DNA from: Macrostomum hystrix
Taxonomy: Eukaryota; Animalia; Platyhelminthes
Length of the DNA stretch: 64,000 nucleotides
Direction of reading: 5' to 3'
Assembly: GCA_950097015.1 (NCBI GenBank)
Contig: CATNEN010000038.1
Location: forward strand, 27,528,001 to 27,592,000
The position numbers and the translations under genes were made by a program. Positions within the stretch are counted from its first letter, which is position 1. Each line of letters begins with the position of its first letter. The notes beneath the pieces were generated by a model. It saw only the letters and a list, made by a program, of their open reading frames with translations, was not told the origin of the DNA and ran no database searches. Shown one piece after another: positions 26,026 to 39,000 of this stretch.

Positions 26026-26524
26026 TCAAAACGTCAATTCAAAACGTCTACGATATTGAGTTTTAGAAATATTTTTTAGAATCCTTTATTTTTACAATGT
26101 TACATATTCAGAATTACGAAGACTTGAAAAAACGAAGCTTCAATAAAATATAAAAGCAGATAAGGACGTTAATATTAGTAAAACAACGCTTGAAAATATG
26201 CTTTATTTGTGCAAATTAGTACTACACAAAATAAGCTTATTTTTAATCACTTTTCTGTTGGTCCGCTTTTAAATTTACAATGAATGAATGATTTTCCCAT
26301 CCGCTTTCAAGTGTCGACATAAATAAGAGACCTTCTGAAAAACAAATTTAAATGAACACCGAGAAATCTATCTGAAGAACAGGAAACGCAAAAAGCAAAG
26401 TGAACAATCAAGAACAGTTAAATTTAATCTGTTGAGGTCATCAAGGTTTACTTAAAAATGGTGCCTAAAGGACATAAAAACTAAAATATAAAAGCATTTG
26501 AGAAGATAGATATGAAACAATGGA

Positions 26525-27165
26525 CCAGGAAATTCCCGGATTAACTATAGTTAGAACAGGGGATTCCCAGGTTTACTGTAGTCAGAACAGGGATTTTCCA
26601 GGTTTACAATTGTTAGAACAGGGAATTCCCTGGTTGAATGGAGTTAGAACAGGGGATTCCCGGATTTACTGTAGTCAGAACAGGGATTTCCCAGGTTTAC
26701 AATTGTTAGAACAGGGAATTCCCTGGTTAAATGGAGTTAGAACAGGGGATTCCCGGATTTACTATAGTAAGAACAGGAGATTCCCGGATTTACTATAGTC
26801 AGAACAGGGATTTCCCAGGTTTACAATGGTTTGAACAGGGAATTCACAGGTCGAATTAAGTTAGAACATAGCCGTCTAAGGTTTACAATAGTTAGAACAG
26901 GGGATTCCGGGATTTACTATAGTCAGAACAGGGATTTCCCAGGTTTACAATTGTTAGAACAGGGAATTCACAGGTTGAATTAAGTTAGAACATAGCATTC
27001 TTAGATTTACAATAGTTAGAACAGGGATTCCCGGGTTTACTGTAATTAGAAGTGGGAATTCCCACGTTAACTATAGTTAGAACAGGGAATTCTCAGGTTG
27101 ACTTAAGTTAGAAAAGGGAATTCCCCGTTTACTATAGTTAGAACAGGGAATTCCCGGGTTCACTT
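26525..27165. repeat. degenerate ~31-32-bp repeat (AGTTAGAACAGGGAATTCCC.GGTTTACTAT)
   Basis: Directly visible; explains the repetitive ORF at 26520. Confidence 0.88.
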
Positions 27166-27932
27166 AGTACAGGAAATACTCGTAGTACTGACCGTAATAG
27201 AGAATTTGTTATTAGCCTCAATAAGTTAGAAAATTTTAGCAAGAGATTCTTAAACTAAAAAATCACAAAAATTGGGTAATTAAGGACATGACAAAGCAAG
27301 CTTGTCTAAAAAACTGCAAAACAGATAAAGTAGTTAAAAAGTTACATATTAAGATGTAAATCACTAAATTGGCGGCCAAGCTGCAAATTTCAAAGCAACA
27401 TTCAGAAAGCTGAAAAGACACGGAAATTGAGTTTAAATGAGGCGATGACAGACACTTGAAAATTCGGCTGCAAATTGTGGATTGGAAACAATACCGATCG
27501 CCCCTAATAGCCGTTAAAAACGATATTTTTTTTACTGGAAAATAAGAAATTAGCGTTAGTTAGCATTTTATTGTACAATGTACATACGGCTAAACAGAAT
27601 TAAGTATTCTAGAATTAAATACGTCAAGCGTATATATTCACAAAACATCTAGCAGTTAGTTATTGGGCTATTCCCCAAAATCTAGAGATTTCACTATAAT
27701 CAAAGTATACCTCACTTTCGAGGAATTTCCTACTTTGAAGGATTTTTTGATTAGATTAAGTCCCAGAAAAAATAAATATCTAAAACTAAACACTTCTTCT
27801 GAAATCAAAAAGTTATCCCAAAACAAGGAATTTCTTATAATCTAGTATGTCTAATTTTTATTAAAGAATTTCTAGTAATAGGGGTATCCCCTATAGTCTG
27901 TGAGTTCTCTGTACTCAAGGAATCCCCCTAAA

Positions 27933-28440
27933 TATCTTGGAATTCCCTGATAATTTTGGAATTCTCTAATAATCTTGGAATTCCCTAATAATCTTGGAAT
28001 TACCTGATAATCTTGGAATTCCCTGATAATCTTGGAATTCCCTGATAATCTTGGAATTCCCTGATAATCTTGGAATTCTCTGATAATCTTGGAATTCCCT
28101 AGTAATCTTGGAATTCCCTAGTAATCTTGGAATTCCCTGATAATCTTGGAATTCCCTAGTAATCTTGGAATTCCCTAGTAATCTTGGAATTCCCTGATAA
28201 TCTTGGAATTCTCTTACAATCTTGGAATTCTCTAATAATCTTGGAATTCCCTGATAATCTTGGAATTCCCTGATAATCTTGGAATTCTCTAACAATCTTG
28301 GAATTCTCTAATAATCTTGGAATTCCCTGATAATCTTGGAATTCCCTGATAATCTTGGAATTCCCTAATAATCTTGGAATTCCCTGATAATCTTGGAATT
28401 CTATAATAATCTTGGAATTCCTTAACAATCTTGGAATTCT
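27933..28440. repeat. 19-bp minisatellite (AATCTTGGAATTCCCTGAT)n
   Basis: About 26 copies. Confidence 0.95.
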
Positions 28441-28592
28441 TTATTAATATAGTCTAGCCTGTTAAGATCAAAACATAAAAACCAGCAACTAATATTTATT
28501 TTATCAAATAAAATCGATGAAATATTTTGCATCCTACTCACAGTAAGTGATGTGAATATACGAGTAAATACGAATGATTTAGCGTTGTCTGT

Positions 28593-30940
<2,348 letters not shown>

Positions 30941-32041
30941 AATAATTTGTGTAAAAAACTAGCTGAAAAAGAGAAATGCAAAACATTTTAAATAAAATAT
31001 ACTAAAACTTGTGATCTTAAAACTTTATTTGCTGATCATTAAATAGAACTGGGTCTAAAATATTCCTTAGGGAATAGTAATGAAAATGTTACAAACTAAT
31101 AGGAAGTTTAAAAGGGCTAGATTATACTACTTATACAGTCTATAAAATATTATTTGTATAATTTAACTTTAATTTATATACTTATATCTATATTATACAT
31201 TTGAAGTAATGTAAACATAGGCCCTAAATAAAAAGCAATACTTAAAACAGAAACCTATTTTTACAATTAATCTTACAAAAACCTAGCAATCTTGGTAATG
31301 AAAGCTGCTTTTAAAAACTAAGAGAACCTTAGTTTGTATCCATGGTTTCTTAACTATAAAATCTAGCCTAGGTGCAGGGCCAGATCTAGGGGCTTAACTG
31401 GAGAAGTCTACATATCAAATGACATTTTTATAGAGGTTTTAATGATTTTTAGGGGTTTATATGCCCACAAAACAGATTTTCTGAGGTGAGTAAGGGGCCC
31501 AAGTGGGCAAAGCCTCCCCTTCATTTGCCACAATATAGGCATTCATGTGAAATTGGTTGTATAAGCAGTTACTGACTATAAAAAACCTTTGACACAGCTG
31601 GTAAAAATTAACAATCAAAAGGAAAACATGTAGAGGCAAAAATACAAAATTGGACTTTCCCTCAAGAACAAGGAAATTTGAGTATCTTTTAATTTCACAC
31701 ATTTGTGCTTGTGGCAACCATATTTCTACCAAACTTAGAAGACTAGGCCCTATATAGAGGACAAAAACCAATTGCAATGGACTATACTAACATGCTTTTT
31801 CCAGTGGGTCCTTATGCAGTTAACAGGCCTTAACTACATAAGGCCTGTTCAAATGTTTGTTTAAAATACTAGGCCTATCTTTTTCTACTAAGCCAAATTT
31901 TTTAATTACTTTACACTTTTTATTGACAGATAAAAACATAATCACATTTATCATAAGAGTTATTATGTCCACAACTGCAACATGCAGTAACTAAAAAAAT
32001 ACTAGGCCTAGTGAATATTTGACTAATTAGAATATTATTAA

Positions 32042-32352
32042 GGCAGAGCTTATTCCCACAGTCCCGTGCAGATAATTTCAATTTTATCCACACAGATCCG
32101 TGCCGATAATTTTCTGCTTCTCCATATGGCAGTTTGTATGAATAGGTCTAAAACTCTTTATATAAATATGCTGTGCCATTAATTTCAATTTTATCCACTT
32201 GGAGCCAGTGCCGATAATTTTCTGCTTATCCACATGGCAGCTTGTATAAGCAGATAAGCTTATACTGTGTGGATAAGCAGAAAATTATCGGCATGGATCC
32301 ATGTGGATAAAATTGAAATTATCGGCACGGGACCGTGGGAATAAGCTCTGCC
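32042..32352. mobile_element. MITE/foldback element with ~80-bp terminal inverted repeats
   Basis: GGCAGAGCTTATTCCCAC.GTCCCGTGC.GATAATTTCAATTTTATCCACA is mirrored at the right end; internal repeat of the subterminal block; no clear TSD. Confidence 0.82.
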
Positions 32353-33645
32353 AGAGTAATAAAACATTTACTCCACAGATTCAGTGCTTAAAGAGAGAAG
32401 CACTAGGACACATAAATATTTATCATAAAATTTGACAAACTGACTAGGTTAAATTATAACTTTCCTAAAATTAGGAGCAAACTTTATAAAAATTAAAGGT
32501 AAGCTGCAACACAATAGTAAGTAAGTGAATTTAGACTAGAATCAATTAAAAAACCGAAGTAGTTGAATAGGATTAAAGTTCAAGAATCTTCAATAACTCG
32601 ATTGCTGTATGAATGCAGAATTTCAGTCACGTTTTGTTTTCATAAGCTTTATAATTTGTTATATTTTGAATGTTCTTAAATATCAGATTTGGGATAGGCC
32701 CAAATTTTCGTGTAGATTTCAACTACATGAAAATTTTAGAAAATGTAGGTTGGCTGAGGCATGCAGGAAAGCCTATATGAAAATTCATGTACTTTTACAT
32801 GAGGTTTAAAAAACAGTATATTGTAAAAAATGCTTTTAATTATAAGCCTGACAAAATACTATCCTTTATAATTAATATAACTGTAGTGCATAACAAAAAA
32901 CTGCTAGCGAAGATTATTTCCAAAATTTTTAGTTAAATACATTTTGTTTTTCCTTTCTAAACATGAGATTGTTTAAAAAATATTCGCTTCGATTTTTCAA
33001 AAATGTGCCGCAGTCCTACCAAACTGTCTCTAGTCTTTTTCGAAGTCGGCAGAGTTCATTAATCTGAAGTTCAACGGTTTATCAGGCTGTCACTAGTTTA
33101 AGATAAGTAAGACAAACACACCCGACATTAGTATTACGAGATAGCTAAGAGAAAAAATATATAAATATAAGAGCATAATTGCTTGCTAACAATTTTTGTC
33201 TTTGATTTTCCTAGTTAAGCAACTCTTCTCATGAGACTGTACTGTTGTCTATTGCTTAAAACGTTCACTTAAATAAGTAAAAAATATCTTAACAAATTAA
33301 TCTAGGCCTATCTCTTTTACGAGCATTTAATAACTTTTAGCAGTAGTCCTTGTGGCTAACAGGTCAGCAGTCAACAGTCATAGATCTTATAGGGCCTAGT
33401 GAGAGACTTCTCGCACAATAGAAAATAAAATGTGCTGACAAGGAAGACTAAATGACAGATTTAGTCAGTTGCTTTCTATGTAAGAGAAGTACATAGTTGT
33501 CAGTTGGGCTCCATTATTTGTGTTGTAATTTATTTAAGTTATTCAACTAATAACATTATAAATATAAACATATACGCCATGACTAGGGACATGGCGGCCG
33601 TGCCTCTAACTCTATGTCTAAGGACACGGCCGCCGTGTCCCTAAC

Positions 33646-34046
33646 GGATCCTAGACACTTTGTCATCTTACAACTTCGTCATCCACTTGGAAGGTAGGAC
33701 ACTTCATCATCCAGCCAATTGGCATGCTTTAAAGTTTGGTCAGTTCATCATCTACTAATAACAAGCAAATAAGTTCATCATCAATAAAGTAAGGGTGGTG
33801 GGGCAGAGGTGTGAACACACTTCACACTCTAAATTGTCAAAAAAATGTGTCAAAACAGATTTCATTATAAGAGTTAAAAGATAGGTGCCAACACGATGTG
33901 AGGAGGTGGGGAGGGGTGGTTCTGTTCTAACTTTGAAAACTTTTGCTTTATAGATGACGAAGTGTCCACAAGTCTAAGTCTCTTCGTAATCCACCCTCTG
34001 AGATATTAGACAGATTGTCATCTGGATGACGAAATGTCCAGGTATC
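33646..34046 (+). mobile_element. Mutator-like MITE with 9-bp TSD
   Basis: Ends GGATCCTAGACACTTTGTCATC ... GATGACGAAATGTCCAGGTATC; TSD GTCCCTAAC at 33637-33645 and 34047-34055; second copy at 57403-58142. Confidence 0.85.
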
Positions 34047-36006
34047 GTCCCTAACTACCACGCTACTTTGTGACTGTGCCTAGAGCCACGGCGGCCATGT
34101 CTTTAGCTGTGTGGACTTGCAGCACAGCTGCCATGTATCTAGCTCTGTGTATGGGGACACGGCAGCCGTGTTCCTAGTAATCTACCACTCACATGCCTGG
34201 GGGCATGGCGGTTGTCTATGAACAATGGGCTTTAAATGCAACATGATTCGATACATACAAGTAAGTAGGTAGCTAGAATGTCACGGGTAGTGTCTGTAAA
34301 GACGGTCAAATATTGTGTCAATCAAGCTTTTACAATATACATATATGCACAACATTTTATTCATAAAATCTATTTGCATTAAACCATATGCCTTGAACTT
34401 GCAATAGGCCTAGTAATACAGCAATATTTTGTTATTTGATTCCTTGTTCACTGCAAGGTGAAAAGCAACTTCTTTGTTCTTTTTTATTTCTCATTTTCTT
34501 TTGAAAAGTCACTATTTTATTGATTTAAAAAATGTTCTGCTTTGCAAAATCCTTGTCTATTACAACAACTTGCCTTTCTTTAGATCTACAATTGAGTGTT
34601 ATCTTTGAAAGATCAGTTTAAGACCTCTAGAGTTGGCTTGGTCTCCTATTTCATTATCCATACTTACAATAGTTTCTTTAGCATTCTAGCATCCTTTACA
34701 GAAATAAAAAAACTAAGAAAAATAGAAAGTGGTTTTAAATTGTAAAGCTTATATATTATATCAATGAGAACTATTCTAGGAAACTGTTAAAACACTGAAT
34801 TTATTGCATTAGTTAGTATGAGATTGCCACAATAATTTGTTTTTACAAAAAGTTAATGTAAAAATGTGGACATCAGCATCTTGTTGACTTGAAAAAGGTT
34901 TATGGCCTCTTTCATTCCTATATTTACTCTACACTAATGGATTTGACTGCAAATTTTAATTGTCTAGGTCCTAAAGAAATATGTGTCAACCTTGCCTTAA
35001 CAAATTCAGAGCTTTATAAATTTCTTGTTACAGCTAAGCTTTATCATCTTTGTATAGGTTTTGTTCTAGAAAAAAGTTGATAAATAATTCCTACAGTACA
35101 AAGGTATGAAAGTTGCTTAGTCATTGTGTTTTGAAGCAAAATTCAGTTGCTGTTATCATTCTAAAGAGCATTATAAGCATTATATTATTTGAACTCATCT
35201 CAAGTATACTTTCAGTACAGGATGGTTGTGCTGAAGGTTTTGTAGTAGAAAGTACAAGGTATTGGCCACAGCTACTAACTGACAATAGGATTTTAAGAGG
35301 TCATCCCATTAGTCCACTACTGTGTCAGTTTAAGAAATCAAAGTATTTAACATAGACTGAGACACTGCTTTTCTTTAACAATCAATATTTAACAGAACTT
35401 ATATGTTCATCTTTCCCTTTATTGACAGCATATCACTCTGGCAGATCTTACTTTTTCTTTCTTTAACAATTCTGCACATATTTCCAAATGCTTTAAACTA
35501 TTTGCCCTGAAAATTGCCATTTGAACTTTTAATACTCTGCATGTCTTATTTCCTCATGATTAACACTCTAATGGTAACAACTCTTATGGCTTAAGCAGTC
35601 ACATTCTAAGGCTTTCACAAATATATCACTCTCAGTCTTTAGGGCTCTCTTGGACTAAAGGGTCACAAGCTCAATTTTGAACAAAGAATAGAACCAACAT
35701 GTTAAAACACCTTTCCAAGATCAATTTACTAAATTTCAGCACAACAGTGTTACTGATTTCAGGATTGTATGCCATACCAACAAGTTGGTTTTTTAACACA
35801 AATTATTCCTGTATTTATTATCATGAGGTTACAGTTTGTTTTACTAAAATACATATTCTAACAATAGGCAATATACATTGGCAAATAATTTTGAACATAG
35901 AAAACTTCATATATGATAAATCAATATCCATAATACTAATTGACTTATTCTATTTTTTACAGCCAATTCAATCAGTTCAATAAAGAAACTATAATTTAGC
36001 AAAAAA

Positions 36007-39000
36007 ATGGAATTCACAAAGAACGAAAAACTAGCCGAAGGCAAGACTAAAATCATATTTTCTGTAAAAGACCAGCCTGGGCTGTGCATTATGCAAGCCA
36101 AAGAGCGCATCACTGCAAATAATGCTGCTAAAGTGAATGAACTAGCTGGAAAAGCTGCAGTTAGTACTCGGACAACAGCTATGGTATTCGAGTATCTGAA
36201 GCGAGCTGGCATCAGGTGATTTTTGTCTTGTCTTTTAAAATATCTCTCTTTGTTGGACAAGTAAAATATTATTATGTCATTCCGTCCTAAAGGTGCGCCT
36301 TCGAACGTTCTCTTGACGACATCTGCCTTCTGGCCCGTCGCTGCCATATGATTCCTATAGAATTCGTGTGTCGCCGTGTTGCTACCGGTTCGTTTCTGAA
36401 GCGAAACCCTGGTGTGCAAGAGGGCCACCGTTTTGTGCCAGTCAAGTCAGAGACCTTCTTTAAAGACGACGCTAATGACGATCCGCAGGTGTCTAAGGAG
36501 CAAATCGTTGCCATGAAGTTGCAGTGCGGTGAAAGGCTGGTGACTGGCAGCGATGTTGACATCCTGGAAGGCACCACTTGCGCTGTGTTTGAGATTCTGG
36601 AGCGTGCCTGGCACCATCTTGACTGCGCTCTTATCGATATGAAGGTGAGGCATCAGTTTGCTTGGGCTATTGGGTCCTTCAGGATCGAACTAGTATTGCA
36701 AAATCAGTTTTACTATTTGTTGTTGGCTGCATTGGTGAAGCTGAACCATGTCCAATATATGAATATTGTAAATGACAGGTTCAGTTATGGCAATAGATTG
36801 CTTCAGCCTAACAGTAATGCAGTTTGCAATGGTCGCTGTGCAGTTCTGCTAATAAAAATACTTGGTGAGTGTGCAGCATTACCCAGTAAACTGACAGTTT
36901 CATGTTAAATAGAATAAATAACTGGGCTGTGATGACAGAACACGGGCTCCCTCTTCTGACAGAATACAATTTCTGTGTGAAGACCCGTCCCGTGCTGCCT
37001 TCCTTCTGAGCCTGCAGATATCTTGTTTATAATCATGTTCAGTGCTATTTGTTCAGCACTGCTTGGTCATTTGATCATTTACTATGATTGTAGAATACTT
37101 ATAAATAATATGTTTTCAGTTCTTTTGACATGTTTGTTATTACTAGAGGGGCGTGAATTTCTTTGAGGAACATAACACTTACAGCAGTTATTAAGAAGAT
37201 CCAGCCATTATGTGATTTATTAGGGCACTTAACAATTGCATATGAAAAATAACGCGCTTAAGAAAAGCTACTTGTTAATTCTACAAAGGATTGTTTCTCA
37301 AATAACAAATGGCTGCATTGGTGAAGCTGGACCATGTCCAATAAATGAATATTGTAAATGACAGGTTTCAGTTATGGCAATAGATTGCTTCAGCCTAACA
37401 GGAATGCGATTTGCAATGGTCGCTGTGCAGTTCTGCTAATAAAAATGCTTGGTGAGTGTGCAGCATTACCCAGTAAACTGACAGTTTCATGTTAAATAGA
37501 ATAAATAAGTCCGTTTAGTGTTTGTGTTTTAGTTTACCCTGTTGCATAATTAATAATTATTAGTAGAGGTTGTAGCCTAGTGGTTAGGGCGTCGGACTCA
37601 CGACTTGAAGGTCGGGGGTTCGATTCCCGACTCCACTGGAACAATTTGCGTCCTTTAGCAAGACACTTAACTCTGCATTGCTTCAGTTCACCCAGCTGTT
37701 AAATGGGTACCAGCATCAGCTTGGATAATTGAAGGTGGGTGTGGCGTCCCCCCAGTCCGTGGACTGAACAGCTGTACGCAGCCTTCAGATGCGCCGCGCA
37801 TTAGCTGCGGCTGTGCTGTCGGCTGCACATCTGACCCAATTGGGGCAGGTGTAATAAATTATTATTAATTATTATTATAAAATTATTATAATTAATAAGC
37901 TGTTCATAGCCTTAAGAAGCACCACGCAATAGAATTCGCTGTGCCACTGTCTCAAAATTTATTAACTATCTATGCGTGTTTAGGAATTTAGTTCTCTAAG
38001 TCCTGATAAATTCAATGCGGCAATGACGACAGAACACGGGCTCCCTCTTCCGACGGATCTATAAAAATCCGTGTGAAGACCTGTCCCGTGCTGCCTTCCT
38101 TCTGAGCCACCAAAAGTTAAATTTTTAGCAACTGTTTATATTTATAAAATGTTTGATTTGTTCTTATGAGTAAGTTTTTTTCTCAGCTTAGCCACCTTTG
38201 AGTTAACTTCAACGTGGCTAAGGTGGGTATGTGGCAGCGAGCGAGGCCACATTTTTTGGGCGCTGACGCGGAGTGGGTTTGGGGGCTTGTCGTGCAATTT
38301 ACGCCCTTGAGGGCCAACCTTCAAGGCGCAGTGAGAGTGTACACTGCCTGACGATGAAAAAGTCAGGGCAGATGTACACACCTGTGTGAGCGAGTGCCTG
38401 CGTACGTTATCAGTGTGTTGTATGCTCAGGAGTCAGCGAAATGGACAGAATTGCCTCCTCGTTGGCTGCGGGTCTAGTGTAACAAAATTATAGTGCCAAT
38501 GCACTAAGCCCTCCTGCAAATACTCGTAATATTAATATTAATTAACGTGACAATGATGACAGAACACGGGCTCCCTCTTCCGACGGATCTATAAAAATCC
38601 GTGTGAAGACCTGTCCCGTGCTGCCTTCCTTCTGAGCCACTAAAAGTCTTGTATACTAATAACTTTTTGCCACCACCTCGGCCCTCTCCCATTTTTGTTT
38701 CAAATTCGGTCATTTATTCTCCCGCTTCCTTAATCCGGTCTTAGGTTGAATACGGCGTTGATGCCGAAACCGGCGAGCTTCTACTAGCTGACGTTATCGA
38801 CAGCGACTCGTGGCGTCTGTGGCCAGGCGGCGACAAGCGCCTGATGGTTGACAAGCAGGTCTACAGAGACATGGTCGAAGTTACGGACGATGGCCTGCGC
38901 GCTGTGCTGCGCAATTTCGAATGGGTGGCCGACAAATTGCCGGCCTTTTTAACGCCGGCGAAGGGCCGGGTGATCATTACCATGGGCTCGGCTACCGATG

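Noticed and set aside
36645-36908. C-terminal extension of ORF 36348-36908
   Set aside because: PAICS similarity stops at the GT donor after DMK; the rest is intron containing the H/ACA-like RNA
36990-37010. U14 snoRNA
   Set aside because: Shares GCCTTCCTT but lacks the following GGATGT before box D and U14 domain A; the register matches snR52/SNORD83 instead
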